Origin: Terriglobia bacterium
GTDB lineage: Bacteria > Acidobacteriota > Terriglobia > 2-12-FULL-54-10
Reading direction: 5' to 3'
DNA: 64,000 nucleotides
Assembly: GCA_963666975.2 (NCBI GenBank)
Contig: CAXVYR010000003.1
Coordinates: forward strand, 704,001 to 768,000
The position numbers and the translations under genes are program-made. Positions 37,158 to 47,913 of the stretch are shown piece by piece. Under the pieces are notes generated by a model. The model searched no databases. It had not been told where the DNA came from and was given only the letters and a program-made list of their open reading frames with translations. Position 1 is the stretch's first letter; every line of letters starts with the position of its first letter.

Positions 37158-38513
37158 ATGTTTGAGGACTTAACAGGAAAATTTCAGCGCGTCTTCAAAA
37201 CCCTCCGGGGCGAGGGCAAGCTGACGGAAGAGAATATCGGCGACGCCCTGCGCCAGATCCGCGTTGCTTTGCTCGAAGCTGACGTAAACTTCAAAGTCGT
37301 CAAACAACTGATTGAGAACATCCGGGCCAAGGCCGTGGGACAGGAAGTCTTGAGCAGCTTTTCCCCCACCGAGCAGGTCATCAAGATCGTACGCGATGAA
37401 CTGCTGGAGGTCTTGGGCGGTGCCACGGCACGGATGAAGTTTGCCTCCCAGCCACCCTCCGTTTTCTTTCTCACCGGCTTGCAAGGCTCGGGGAAAACCA
37501 CCACGACGGGAAAGATCGCCCGGTGGTTGCAACGGGGCGGGCATCACCCCTTGCTGGTATCGGTGGATGTCTACCGGCCTGCCGCCAAGCAGCAGTTGGC
37601 CGTGGTAGCCAAAGAGGTGGGTGTCCCGGTATTTGAAGGTTCAGCCGATGCCAAGCCCTCAGAGTTGGCTTTGGGCGCACGGCAGGCAGCCCGCGACCGG
37701 GGATGCGACGTATTAGTGGTGGACACCGCCGGACGCCTTCACGTAGATGACGAACTGATGACCGAGCTCCAGCAACTCCGGGACTTGCTCCAGCCGACGG
37801 AGCTTCTTTTTGTGGCCGATGCGATGACCGGCCAGGACGCCGTGCGCAGCGCCGAAGAGTTCCACCGCCGCTTAAGCCTGACGGGAGTGGTCCTGACCAA
37901 GCTCGACGGTGATGCACGCGGCGGAGCGGCTCTCTCGATCCGATTCGTCACCGGCCAGCCGATCCAGTTCGTCGGCACCGGGGAAAAATTTGACGCCCTG
38001 GAACAGTTTCATCCGGACCGCATGGTCTCGCGCATCCTGGGCATGGGCGATGTCCTTTCGCTGATCGAAAAGGCGGAAGAAGCCATCGACAGCAAGCAGG
38101 CTGAGCAGCTCGAGCGCAAGCTGCGGACCGACCGCTTTACTTTGGAAGACTTCCGGGAGCAGCTTCGGGCGGCGCGCCAGATGGGACCGCTGGATCAGAT
38201 TCTCTCCATGCTGCCCCAGGTGGGCCCTTTCCAGCAGTTGCAAAAGCAATCCCAGCAACAAACCGTGGACGAGGGGCAGCTGAATCGCACCGAGGCGATT
38301 ATCAACTCCATGACCGACCGGGAGCGGAGAGTGCCGCAGATATTAAACGGCAGCCGCCGCCTCCGCATCGCGCGAGGCAGCGGCACTTCGGTGCAGGAAG
38401 TAAACCAGCTTGTGAAGCAATACGACCAAGCTCGCAAGATGATGCGCAGCATGACCGGCCGCTTGCTGAAAAAACAGCGGGGCAAGGGCAAAGTTCCGGC
38501 CCTGTTCGGATAA
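37158..38513 (+). CDS. ffh: Signal recognition particle protein
   Basis: GLQGSGKTT, DTAGR, TKLDGDARGG and RIARGSG motifs. Confidence 0.98.
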   Translation: MFEDLTGKFQRVFKTLRGEGKLTEENIGDALRQIRVALLEADVNFKVVKQLIENIRAKAVGQEVLSSFSPTEQVIKIVRDELLEVLGGATARMKFASQPPSVFFLTGLQGSGKTTTTGKIARWLQRGGHHPLLVSVDVYRPAAKQQLAVVAKEVGVPVFEGSADAKPSELALGARQAARDRGCDVLVVDTAGRLHVDDELMTELQQLRDLLQPTELLFVADAMTGQDAVRSAEEFHRRLSLTGVVLTKLDGDARGGAALSIRFVTGQPIQFVGTGEKFDALEQFHPDRMVSRILGMGDVLSLIEKAEEAIDSKQAEQLERKLRTDRFTLEDFREQLRAARQMGPLDQILSMLPQVGPFQQLQKQSQQQTVDEGQLNRTEAIINSMTDRERRVPQILNGSRRLRIARGSGTSVQEVNQLVKQYDQARKMMRSMTGRLLKKQRGKGKVPALFG

Positions 38514-38594
38514 CCGGACGCTCCCATGAGGAGCGGCGCATCTGCTTGCTTGCTCTTTTAGTAAGGAAGAATAGAATCATTTGGAGGTGTTTCA

Positions 38595-38864
38595 TTGTTG
38601 ATGATCCGCCTGGCCAGAACAGGCGTTAAGAAAAAGCCCCGTTATCGCGTTGTGATCATCGAGAAAGCGCGGGCCCGGGACGGCCGTTTCGTGGAAATTG
38701 TGGGCAACTACAATCCCCAGTCCGACCCGGCCCAGATCGAGCTTAAATCGGAGCGAATTGAGTACTGGTTAGGAAAAGGCGCTCAGCCGTCAGCGACCGT
38801 ACGCAGCTTCCTGCGCCGGAAAAAAACTGCGGTAAAAACGGAAGTTGCCGAGCAAGCGGAGTAA
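38595..38864 (+). CDS. rpsP: 30S ribosomal protein S16
   Basis: MIRLARTG, RDGRFVE and GAQPS motifs. Confidence 0.97.
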   Translation: MLMIRLARTGVKKKPRYRVVIIEKARARDGRFVEIVGNYNPQSDPAQIELKSERIEYWLGKGAQPSATVRSFLRRKKTAVKTEVAEQAE

Positions 38865-39022
38865 AAGCAAGTCTGTTTTTCCAAGTCTGTTTTTCAAAGA
38901 TGGATGGTTGTTTTCCCATCTGGATTCGCACAGAGACCCAGCGATTCATACACCTATTGTTGATGATCGTGATGTTGATTAGATTCGGTTCCGACCTCTT
39001 TCCTGTCCTTTAGGAGGCGCTT

Positions 39023-39253
39023 ATGAAGGAGCTGATCGAAATGATTGCGAAAGCCCTGGTGGATAATCCAGATCAAGTTGTAGTAAAACCCATAGAAGGC
39101 GAGCAAAGCACCGTATTGGAACTCCGGGTGGCGCCCGACGATCTGGGCAAGGTGATCGGCAAGCAAGGACGCACTGCCCGCTCCATCCGCACCATCCTGG
39201 GAGCAGCCGGGATGAAGCTGAAGAGGCGGTTCACCCTGGAGATATTGGAATAA
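39023..39253 (+). CDS. khpA: KH-domain RNA-binding protein
   Basis: LVDNPDQV and [11 protein letters not shown] motifs. Confidence 0.95.
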   Translation: MKELIEMIAKALVDNPDQVVVKPIEGEQSTVLELRVAPDDLGKVIGKQGRTARSIRTILGAAGMKLKRRFTLEILE

Positions 39254-39268
39254 AGCGATCTGCCGCCA

Positions 39269-39799
39269 GTGAAACAGCCTCGAGAATCCGAATACGTCAC
39301 CGTCGCCCGCGTGCGGAAAACCCAAGGCAGGCGGGGTGAAGTGGCGGCAGAAATCCTGACTGATTTCCTGGAGCGGTTCGAGCCCGGACAGGAATTGCTG
39401 CTTTGGGATGAAACCGCCCGCCAGCAGGTTGTTCTGGAAGAAAGCTGGCTGCACAAAGGGCTGGTCATTTTGAAATTCCGGGATGTGGAAACCATCTCGG
39501 CGGCGGAAACTCTGATTGGCTGGCAAATCCAAATTCCACGGTCCAGCCGCAGGCCGCTTCCGCCGGGAGCAGTTTACCTCTCCGACCTGGTTGGATGCTC
39601 CGTCCACGAGGGCGGCAGGCTGCTGGGCAAAGTGGAGGCCGTGGAAGAAACGGGCGCCGTACCGTTGTTGAAGGTGCCTGCCGCCGAAGGCGAACTGCTG
39701 ATCCCCTTTGCGGAATCCATTTGCAGCAGTGTGGACATCGAAAGGCAGGAAATTCAGGTGCGGTTGCCGGAAGGCCTGAAGGAGTTGAACCGGAAATGA
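39269..39799 (+). CDS. rimM: Ribosome maturation factor RimM
   Basis: QGRRGEV, YLSDLVG, LLIPF and PEGL; synteny. Confidence 0.94.
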   Translation: MKQPRESEYVTVARVRKTQGRRGEVAAEILTDFLERFEPGQELLLWDETARQQVVLEESWLHKGLVILKFRDVETISAAETLIGWQIQIPRSSRRPLPPGAVYLSDLVGCSVHEGGRLLGKVEAVEETGAVPLLKVPAAEGELLIPFAESICSSVDIERQEIQVRLPEGLKELNRK

Positions 39800-39835
39800 A
39801 ATTCGGCCGGCAGGAAAAATGGACGGCGGGGGCCC

Positions 39836-40597
39836 ATGAAGATCGACATACTCACAATTTTTCCGGAATTTTTTGCCGGGCCCTTTCAGCATGGAATCCT
39901 CCGCCGGGCGCAAGAAACCGGCCTGGTAAGCATTGAGACACACGATCTGCGGCGATTCACAAATGACCGTCACCGCACAGTGGACGACCGCCCCTTCGGA
40001 GGGGAAGAGGGGATGCTCCTGCTTCCCGAACCTTTCTTTCGGGCGGCTGAGCACATCTGGGAGCGCGGCAGGCCGCGCGGCAGAGTGATCCTGCTTTCGG
40101 CGCAAGGCAAACTGTTTCGGCAGCCCATGGCGAGCGAGCTGGCCAAAGAAGAGTCTTTGATGCTACTCTGCGGGCGCTATGAGGGAGTGGATGAGAGAGT
40201 CGCGTCGCACTTGGCGGAGGAAGAACTCTCCATCGGCGACTTTGTGCTGAGCGGAGGAGAATTGGCCGCTGCGGTGGTGGTGGACGCGGTAACGCGGCTG
40301 CTGCCCGGAGCGCTGGGCAACGCGGCCTCGTCGGTGCGGGAATCCTTCGCGGTGACTCCCGGCACGAGAAGCGCGGGGCTGCTCGACTGTCCCCAATATA
40401 CCCGTCCGGCAAAGTTCCGGGAGATGGCCGTTCCCGACGTACTGCTCTGCGGAGATCACAAGCGCGTGGAGCAGTGGAGACGCAAAAAGGCTTTGGAGAA
40501 AACCTGGGCGAACCGGCCGGATTTGTTGTCCGGGGCTGCCCTGAATGCAGAACAGCAACAGTGGCTGGCAGAGATCGAAAAGGAAACAGAGATATGA
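39836..40597 (+). CDS. trmD: tRNA (guanosine(37)-N1)-methyltransferase
   Basis: [18 protein letters not shown] and [11 protein letters not shown] motifs. Confidence 0.98.
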   Translation: MKIDILTIFPEFFAGPFQHGILRRAQETGLVSIETHDLRRFTNDRHRTVDDRPFGGEEGMLLLPEPFFRAAEHIWERGRPRGRVILLSAQGKLFRQPMASELAKEESLMLLCGRYEGVDERVASHLAEEELSIGDFVLSGGELAAAVVVDAVTRLLPGALGNAASSVRESFAVTPGTRSAGLLDCPQYTRPAKFREMAVPDVLLCGDHKRVEQWRRKKALEKTWANRPDLLSGAALNAEQQQWLAEIEKETEI

Positions 40598-40938
40598 ATC
40601 GATTGGACAAGTTGCACAGTCTGGAGCCCCGCCGGGAGGTCGCCGAGTTTGCGCCCGGCGACACGGTGCGGGTCCAGGTAAAAATCAAAGAAGGCGAGAA
40701 GGAACGGTTGCAGGCGTTTGAAGGCACCGTCATCGCGCGCAAACACGGCGGCCCCAGCGAGACATTCACCGTCCGCAAGATCAGCTTCGGCCAGGGCGTG
40801 GAGCGGATCTTTCCGGTGCAATCGCCCGTGATCCACCGCGTGGAAGTGCTCCGCCGGGGTCGCGTGCGCCGCGCCAAGCTGTATTACCTGCGCAAACTGC
40901 GAGGCAAGGCCGCCCGCATTCGCGAGAAGCGATCCTGA
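40594..40938 (+). CDS. rplS: 50S ribosomal protein L19
   Basis: [14 protein letters not shown] and [10 protein letters not shown] motifs. Confidence 0.98.
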   Translation: MNRLDKLHSLEPRREVAEFAPGDTVRVQVKIKEGEKERLQAFEGTVIARKHGGPSETFTVRKISFGQGVERIFPVQSPVIHRVEVLRRGRVRRAKLYYLRKLRGKAARIREKRS

Positions 40939-41074
40939 ACCTTCCCTTCCCCCGCTGCTTGCCGGCAGAAAGCGCAAACGGCGGTCTCTGTCAGCGCAAA
41001 GCCCGGTTTGGAGATGCTCCGCAGAAAGGAGCGCAAAGCATATTCGCTGCGGCACGAAATTTGAGCGCCAGGGA

Positions 41075-41686
41075 TTGCAGGCAGGCTACCGCTCGATTGC
41101 CGGGGTAGATGAGGTGGGCCGCGGGGCTTTGTTTGGTCCGGTCCTGGCGGCGGCGGTCATTCTGAACCCTTCCCACCGCATTCCAGGCATTCAGGACAGC
41201 AAGAAGTTGTCACCGGGCAGGCGGGAAAAACTGGCCTGCGAGATCCGCCGTTATGCCGTCGCATGGTCGGTGGCGTCGGCGGATGCCGCCAAGATTGATG
41301 AGATCAACATCTATCAGGCATCCCGCCTAGCCATGCGGGAAGCCGTCCACCGATTAAATCTAGTTCCTGACTTGTTGCTGGTGGATGCGCTCCACTTGGA
41401 CTTGGACATCCCGCAAAACTCCATCGTCAAAGGAGACGCGCTCAGCGTCTCCATTGCTGCGGCGTCCATTCTGGCAAAGGTGGAGCGGGACGGCCTGATG
41501 CGGGAGTGGGACCGTGTTTTCCCCCAATACCAACTGGCCTCCAATAAGGGCTACCCCACCCCGGTCCACAAAGCAATGCTGCGCAAGCACGGCCCCACGC
41601 CGCTGCATCGCCGTTCGTACGCACCTGTAGCTGCCGTTGCGCACACCACCGCCCTTTCCGGCCCCTCCTCCGGCAACCAGCAATAG
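41075..41686 (+). CDS. rnhB: Ribonuclease HII (start may lie slightly upstream)
   Basis: AGVDEVGRG, DSKKL, SIAAASILAKV and NKGY motifs. Confidence 0.97.
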   Translation: MQAGYRSIAGVDEVGRGALFGPVLAAAVILNPSHRIPGIQDSKKLSPGRREKLACEIRRYAVAWSVASADAAKIDEINIYQASRLAMREAVHRLNLVPDLLLVDALHLDLDIPQNSIVKGDALSVSIAAASILAKVERDGLMREWDRVFPQYQLASNKGYPTPVHKAMLRKHGPTPLHRRSYAPVAAVAHTTALSGPSSGNQQ

Positions 41687-41743
41687 AAAAAGCCGCGTGA
41701 GGCGCATGCCGTATCTGTTGATCGAAGGACTTTTCCGGCTTAC

Positions 41744-42004
41744 TTATTTTTGATAGTGGCTGGCGTTTTTCTCGGTGAAATCGTTCCACTTTTCCGGCAG
41801 CTCGTCCAGGACAAAAATTGCAGTGACCGGACAAACAGGAACGCAGGCTCCGCAGTCAATGCACTCCACCGGATCGATGTAGAGCTGCTCGGCAGCCTCA
41901 AACTCGGGCTCGTCCTTTTTGGGATGAATGCAGTCTACTGGGCATGCATCGACGCAAGTTGTGTCTTTCGTGCCGATGCATGGCTCGGCAATTACATAAG
42001 CCAT
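41744..42004 (-). CDS. Dicluster (7Fe/8Fe-type) ferredoxin
   Basis: CIGTKDTTCVDACPVDCIH and CIDCGACVPVCP. Confidence 0.95.
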   Translation of the reverse strand: MAYVIAEPCIGTKDTTCVDACPVDCIHPKKDEPEFEAAEQLYIDPVECIDCGACVPVCPVTAIFVLDELPEKWNDFTEKNASHYQK

Positions 42005-42266
42005 CTTGTTACTCTCCCCCGAAAACTGGAAATGGAATTTATTTCCGCTTGAGTTAATGCCGCAAACGATCGGCTATGCTACAACACGGGCGGGAAAGCT
42101 TGTAAAGAAGAAAATCGCCCGCCGGGGAGAAAAAAGCTGCGGACAAAACCCGCACGCTTCGCGGGGAGGAGCGGAAATTGTTGCGGCTAGTATGGTAATG
42201 GTAGATGAGAACTTTCCGGGAAATGCCCAGCCAGCTTGTTTGTGCGCTGGCGGCTTCTGCGGCGTG

Positions 42267-43133
42267 CTATGCCGACGTGTTCTTTGCGAAAAAGATCAGA
42301 TGCGCGCTCCCGATCTGAACTCCGTCTCCGCTGTTACAGACAACACCCTCTCTCGATGTTTCCTTTCCGTTTACCAGGACCGGAGCGTCTTCCACGGGGT
42401 ACAGAACAAACTCGGCTGATTCCTCTCGCTGCTCATAGACCACCCTGGCATGCATCGGTTCCACGGTCTTTTCATCGTCGAGAAAGATGCGCGCCCCCGC
42501 ATGTCTCCCGATTAGGGTGCAACAAGCTTGCAGCCGGAGGTAGCGAGGGATTCCCCGCATTTCTCTTACGGGAGCATGAATTTCGGTCAACAGAAAATGG
42601 GCGAACAACCCTTTCGGCAAGGGCACTTTTCTCAGCAGATCAAAGCGAAGTTCGGCTTCTTCCCTCTCGGGAATGCGGTCAGGAATGACGTCGGGAACAA
42701 CCGCACTGCCCGTCTCTTCTTCCGCTACTGCCGCTGCCGCCGAATCCTGGAGACTCTGCAAGCTGACGCCCTCGGGCTCAGGATGCCCGGCGGGCATGGA
42801 ATGTTCGGCGGGCTCTGGAACCACTGCGGGTGCGGGCTGCTGCATAGACTCCGCCGGCCAAACATCCAGATCACCGGATGCCTCCCCCAACGCAACCCCA
42901 GATTCCTGCACCCTGGATTCCTGTACAATGGATTCCTGCATAATGGATTCCCGCATAATGTCCGCCACCAGGTCCCCGGCCTGTTCCTTGACATGCTCGG
43001 CAGCTTGTTCCTCGGCACTTTCCTCTGGCTCGATAGAAGAAAGCTCGGCAAGGACCTTCTCGATCCATTCCTCCGGGTTGTCCATGGGGTCTTTTAGGGG
43101 AACATTCTCAGCGCCCATATATCTCTCCTTCAC
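42267..43133 (-). CDS. FHA-domain protein with acidic low-complexity N-terminus
   Basis: C-terminal IGR...VEPMHARV...VLVNG...GDGVQIG. Confidence 0.8.
   Translation of the reverse strand: MKERYMGAENVPLKDPMDNPEEWIEKVLAELSSIEPEESAEEQAAEHVKEQAGDLVADIMRESIMQESIVQESRVQESGVALGEASGDLDVWPAESMQQPAPAVVPEPAEHSMPAGHPEPEGVSLQSLQDSAAAAVAEEETGSAVVPDVIPDRIPEREEAELRFDLLRKVPLPKGLFAHFLLTEIHAPVREMRGIPRYLRLQACCTLIGRHAGARIFLDDEKTVEPMHARVVYEQREESAEFVLYPVEDAPVLVNGKETSREGVVCNSGDGVQIGSAHLIFFAKNTSA
42901..42960. repeat. 4 x 15-bp tandem repeat inside the CDS (IMRES/IMQES/IVQES/RVQES)
   Basis: GATTCCTGCACCCTG, GATTCCTGTACAATG, GATTCCTGCATAATG, GATTCCCGCATAATG. Confidence 0.85.
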
Positions 43134-44758
43134 AGCGAGCTTCCCATGTTCGCTCTTTTGTCATAGTAGGCTAATGGAACTCCGCCCAAGGTAATCGTGT
43201 CCCCGTCTTCCAGCGGCACCACAGTATTGCAAATTGCGTCGTTCAGCTTGGTTCCCAGGTGGCTGCCCAAATCTTCCACCTGATACCTTCCTGTGGTTTT
43301 GTCCAAAAAGATTCGCGCGTGTCCGCTGGTTTTTTGGTCTGGACGATGGACTGTCGGATGCGACAGCAGGAGGTAAGTATTTCCCTTGCTGTAGGTTCTC
43401 TCGGAGTCATAGCGTGTAATGACCACGTCGGAATATTCTTTATTGTTCTTCGAATCCTTCAAAGCAAAGTAGAACGCCTCCGGCGTGAGGCCAATTTTCA
43501 AGCCTATCTCGCCCGGCGCCGGCTGCAACATGACGGTCATGGCGCTGTTGCCGTTCTTCCAGGGGCTGCCAATCGGATGAATCTCACCCTGAAACATGAC
43601 GCTGACGTGAGGTTCGTTCCCGGCAGAGGATGGAGAAGAAGAAGCTGCGGTTCGTGCCGGGCGGCGCACCGCGGCCACAATGCCGAGGATAATCGTAAAC
43701 CCCACAAGCATCAGCGTTGCAGGATGCACTGGGAACTCCTGCCACCAGGGCGGAGACTCATAGTTGGCGTGCAGAAAAGCCTTTTGCGCTTTTACCGTCA
43801 TTCCCTGGTAGCTGAGGCTCACCTCACTCTTATATTCCCCGGAGGATTGCGGGAAGTGAAATGCAACCGAATATTGATTTTGAAGCTGCTCCAGAACCGC
43901 ATTGTAGAGTTGCGGAAGATCCTCCGGTCGCGGGGTAAACAGAAAGCTGCCTCCGCTGATGTTAGCAATTCTTTTCAGGTAGTCCACCGGGGCATTGTCG
44001 CGGAAACCCAGCGTATACAGGGGCACCTGCCCTCCCCCGATCCTCCAAATCACGTCTTGCTCGGTTGTGGGACTCCCTTCGTCCTTGCCGTCGGTGAGAA
44101 GAACAACCGCGACTCGGGAGGTGGGCGCGCGGGAAGCTTTTTCCAGCGAATCACGAGTCGCTTGATAGAGCCAGGTATGCTGTTCATTGGCGGCCAGCTT
44201 TTCAATTTCCTCTCGTACGTCGGATTTGCTCCGGGTAAAGTCAGTCAGAAACCTCACCGAACTCCCAAAAGCCATCAAAGCCGTGAAATCTTCTTTTTCA
44301 AGCTGGTCCAAAAACCGGGCGGCAGCCCGTTTGGCTTCCTGGATCGGAATCCCCTTCATGCTGCCGCTGACATCGATGCCCACAATGACGGAGAGAGGCG
44401 TTTTAGCGCTCGACACAGGCCCGATCGAAAAGTCTTCTACCGCTTCCCCTTCCACCGATAGTCCGAAATTTGCCTTGCCCAGCCCCTTCACCGGAGCACC
44501 CCACTCATCGACAACAGAGAGCACCATCTGCACGTTGCCCCCCGCAGCGGACCTTGCATCCAGAATGTTCAACTCGACCGGGTTCTGCGCTTTTGCCGCA
44601 CCCTCCATCCAAAAGCAACCCAATGCCAGCAGCAGGAATGACAGAGTACAGCGGAGGATTTCTCCCCGCAACCGGCCGCACCTGTAAGATATCGCCTCGT
44701 CAACCCCACACGATTCGGTGGACAAATTCGCCTTCGGCAACCAAAGTTCCGTGTTCAT
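43130..44758 (-). CDS. Membrane-anchored VWA-domain protein with C-terminal FHA domain
   Basis: Signal/transmembrane segment, DVSGSM MIDAS, LLTDG, second transmembrane helix, HARI...EDLGSHLGTKLN...DGDTITLG. Confidence 0.88.
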   Translation of the reverse strand: MNTELWLPKANLSTESCGVDEAISYRCGRLRGEILRCTLSFLLLALGCFWMEGAAKAQNPVELNILDARSAAGGNVQMVLSVVDEWGAPVKGLGKANFGLSVEGEAVEDFSIGPVSSAKTPLSVIVGIDVSGSMKGIPIQEAKRAAARFLDQLEKEDFTALMAFGSSVRFLTDFTRSKSDVREEIEKLAANEQHTWLYQATRDSLEKASRAPTSRVAVVLLTDGKDEGSPTTEQDVIWRIGGGQVPLYTLGFRDNAPVDYLKRIANISGGSFLFTPRPEDLPQLYNAVLEQLQNQYSVAFHFPQSSGEYKSEVSLSYQGMTVKAQKAFLHANYESPPWWQEFPVHPATLMLVGFTIILGIVAAVRRPARTAASSSPSSAGNEPHVSVMFQGEIHPIGSPWKNGNSAMTVMLQPAPGEIGLKIGLTPEAFYFALKDSKNNKEYSDVVITRYDSERTYSKGNTYLLLSHPTVHRPDQKTSGHARIFLDKTTGRYQVEDLGSHLGTKLNDAICNTVVPLEDGDTITLGGVPLAYYDKRANMGSSL

Positions 44759-45658
44759 ATTAAGTACCCGTCACTTTCCTGCTCTGCTTTTTCACCGGAG
44801 CCGCCCAGACCGCATGCTTGGTGATGAAGCAAAATATCCTGAAGCTGTTCTGTTTCAGAGCAAATAATCGTAAATCTCTTCCCGACGCGCCCTCTGCGCC
44901 CCCCCAGCTTTCTTTACCCGTCCCAAGTTACTAGCCTTCGCCCTCTTGCGAAAATAGAACTTTGGCCTCAAATTTCGCATAGGACGATAGTACTGTCAGG
45001 AGGTTATTGGAGGTACTATCGCTCCAGCACATCTTCTCCCTGGATAGGGCGATCCAGGGAAAATATCCGTTAAAGCTCACCAGACAGGCAGAAGGAATCA
45101 TGCACAGTTCCTCTGTCACAAGAGAAAAACTCTTTGCTGCCGGAGTCGGCGGAAAAGTAAGCCGATATATTAGCTATAAGAAGTTAAATAGCTAAAGAAA
45201 AAGAAGTTAAATTGACAGGAAATATGGCGCTGGGCCGGTTTAGAGGTATCCATCTGCTATCTGCCACGCGATGCACGACAACCGGTTTTATGATCCTCTG
45301 GAGTCTTTAGAAAACAGCTTCCCGGTCAGAGATTTGGCTTTTCCGGCCAATGGCACAATCGAAAGCGATTGCTCCATCGTCGCCTTGGAATTCTTCACCA
45401 GCATTAGCGCACAAAACAACATGATGTAGGAGACCTGCTCATCCGTGCCCATGATTACCTCCGCCTCAATGTGTCGATGTCCCCAAGCAATTCCTTGCGA
45501 ACGGGTTATACTGAAACAGGTAGTTAAGCAATCGAGTAACCGAAACTGCACATCTCGCAAGCTATTAAAAATGAAGCGGGTTACGTAAAGACTTGTTGTG
45601 CTGGAATCGAAAGAAGGTAAAGTTTTCCCCATTTTGCCTCAATTTTAGAAATCTTTAG

Positions 45659-45700
45659 TAGGTAAATTCTTACTCCGTATAGGTAAATTCTTACCCCGCA
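45659..45700. promoter_or_regulatory. Tandem 21-bp repeat with internal GTAA-N4-TTAC palindrome (probable regulator sites)
   Basis: TAGGTAAATTCTTACTCCGTA then TAGGTAAATTCTTACCCCGCA; a weaker copy AGGTAAAGTTTTCCCC near 45615. Confidence 0.55.
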
Positions 45701-45979
45701 GCGGCGAAGTGGGTTTGGATTGAGGTTGGGAAGGAGCATTGAGCGAGCTCATCTAGCTTCCTTTCCGCCACAAAATCTTAACAGCTCTCCCACCAACCAC
45801 TTGGCCTTGCCGACAAGGAGTACACGCTTTACTGGCCGTTCCCGAATAGCCATGGAATTTTCCACCAACCTCAGAGCACAAAGCAAAAGGTATCTTTAGT
45901 AAGACTGCTCCGCGACAGCGCAACCGCTTGCAAAGGCACCGTTTCAACTCTATAATTAGGACCGTTTCCGGCCACGCCA

Positions 45980-47908
45980 ATGAAGGAATTCGGCTCCAAC
46001 CTAAAACGGCGCATTTGGCAGCCTTTTCTTTTCATCATCTTGGCAGCCTTGGCTGCCGCTGTATTCTTCACTATTTTCCCCAGACCAAGCCCTGTTGTTT
46101 TGTGGTCGCATACCGCGCTACTCATCCTGCTAGTACTCACCGTGGGATGGCGGTTGGTACGGCGCATTGTCAAAGCGGGACAGGAACTGGCCAAAGCGGC
46201 CGAGCAGCTATCCCCGGGCACCTTAGATAAGGCCTCCGAACAATCGGGTGAGATCACGGCCTTGGTTCACACCGTGAATACGATGGCCAGCCAACTGCGG
46301 CAAAAGGAACAAACCTGGATCGGGGACTTGGAACAGCGCACTCAGGCCGTACAGGAGATGTCAAAAACCCTGCAGGAGCAGGCCACCAGTTTCGAGACCG
46401 CTCTCAACTCGGTGGATTTAGCGGTCTGCCTGTTTGATTCCAACGGCAATATCTTGCAGGTGAACCAACGATTCTGCGGTTTTTTGGGAACAGAACAGGC
46501 AAAGCTGAAATCCATGGACTTGTTACAAGTCGCCTCGGAATTGCAGAACTTTGTCTCCGCTCCCGACGAGCTGGCGGAGGTTGCCGAGGCAATCTTCCGG
46601 GAGCCTTCGGCCCCCCGTGACACGAATGTTGCCATGAAGGACCGCTCCGGAAACCTCCGAATTTACTGTGTGCCGATCTTTGGGGAGATGAGCAGCCTCG
46701 TGGGCATCGTGATTTCTCCCGGAGAGGGCGCAGACTCCTCCGCTATGGACCGCTTGAAGACCGAATTCATCTCCACCGTCTCTCACGAATTGCGGACGCC
46801 GCTGACGGCTATCAAGGGCGCTCTGGGGCTGGTGCTGGGAGGGGCAGGAGGCCCGGTATCGGCGCGGATTCGGGAATTGCTGGAGATTGCCAGCAACAAT
46901 ACCGACCGGCTGATCCGGCTGGTAAATGACATTTTGGAAGTTTTCCGCATGGAAACCGGCAAGCTGAAATTGCGGCCGGAAATTGTCGACGTTTCCGAGA
47001 TGGTCAGCCAAGCTTGCGGAAAGGTCAAACAGGAAGCCGCGGCGGCAGGGATTCTTTTGGAAGTTCATGTCGCACCGGACATGATGCCGGCCCTGGTGGA
47101 TGCGGAACAGGTGCAAATGGTCCTGGAGAACCTGCTTTCCAACGCCATCAAGTTTTCCAGCCGGGGAGGTGTCGTGCGGATTGCGGCCGAGCCGATGCAG
47201 GCAAATCCCAAATTTATGACTCTTTCCGTGCAGGATTTCGGGGCAGGAATCCCCATGGAAGCCCAGCGGCGGATATTTAAAAAGTTTGAACAGGCCGAAA
47301 GCGTAATGACGCGGCAGCATCAGGGCCCGGGGCTGGGGCTGGCCATTTGCCGGGGAATCGTGGAAGGACACGGCGGGCGCATTTGGGTAAATAGCGAACC
47401 CGGCAAAGGGAGCACCTTTTTCATCACCCTGCCGCTGGCCCAATCACAGACCATGCGCAAACCCGCCCCCGCCGCAGCACCTGCCTCCCCGCCTCAGCCG
47501 GGGGTGCACCACTTGGTTATGGTTGTCGATGATGACACCGACACCCGCAATGTTATTTCCCGGATGTTGCAATCGCAGGGACATTTCGTGCTGGAGGTGG
47601 GCAACGGCTTGGAGGCGGCCGATTTGGCGGCCCGCCACCGCCCGGAAGTCATCACCCTGGACCTTATTATGCCGGAGATTGATGGGTTGGAGGTTTTGCG
47701 GACACTCAAAGCAAACTCGCAGACGCGTCAAATTCCGGTCATCTGTGTCTCGATTTCCGATGAACTTTCTGCCCAGGCGCTCCAAACGGGGGCGGTCCAG
47801 TTCATTCGGAAACCACTGGAACCCGCTACGCTTTTGAGCGCTATCAACGCAGTCTGTAGCACCGGTTCCGGCTCAACCGGGTCAGGCTCACCAGCCGCTG
47901 CAGGATAA
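45980..47908 (+). CDS. Hybrid sensor histidine kinase (2TM-HAMP-PAS-HisKA-HATPase-REC)
   Basis: VSHELRTPLT, NLLSNAIKF, GLGLAIC; REC domain VVDDD...LDLIMP...KP. Confidence 0.95.
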   Translation: MKEFGSNLKRRIWQPFLFIILAALAAAVFFTIFPRPSPVVLWSHTALLILLVLTVGWRLVRRIVKAGQELAKAAEQLSPGTLDKASEQSGEITALVHTVNTMASQLRQKEQTWIGDLEQRTQAVQEMSKTLQEQATSFETALNSVDLAVCLFDSNGNILQVNQRFCGFLGTEQAKLKSMDLLQVASELQNFVSAPDELAEVAEAIFREPSAPRDTNVAMKDRSGNLRIYCVPIFGEMSSLVGIVISPGEGADSSAMDRLKTEFISTVSHELRTPLTAIKGALGLVLGGAGGPVSARIRELLEIASNNTDRLIRLVNDILEVFRMETGKLKLRPEIVDVSEMVSQACGKVKQEAAAAGILLEVHVAPDMMPALVDAEQVQMVLENLLSNAIKFSSRGGVVRIAAEPMQANPKFMTLSVQDFGAGIPMEAQRRIFKKFEQAESVMTRQHQGPGLGLAICRGIVEGHGGRIWVNSEPGKGSTFFITLPLAQSQTMRKPAPAAAPASPPQPGVHHLVMVVDDDTDTRNVISRMLQSQGHFVLEVGNGLEAADLAARHRPEVITLDLIMPEIDGLEVLRTLKANSQTRQIPVICVSISDELSAQALQTGAVQFIRKPLEPATLLSAINAVCSTGSGSTGSGSPAAAG

Positions 47909-47913
47909 AATTT

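Noticed and set aside
38868-38895. Tandem CAAGTCTGTTTTTC x2 after rpsP
   Set aside because: Short duplication with no supportable function; possibly an assembly artefact.
45350-45372. TGGCAC sigma54-like sequence
   Set aside because: GG-to-GC spacing is 11 rather than the required 10.
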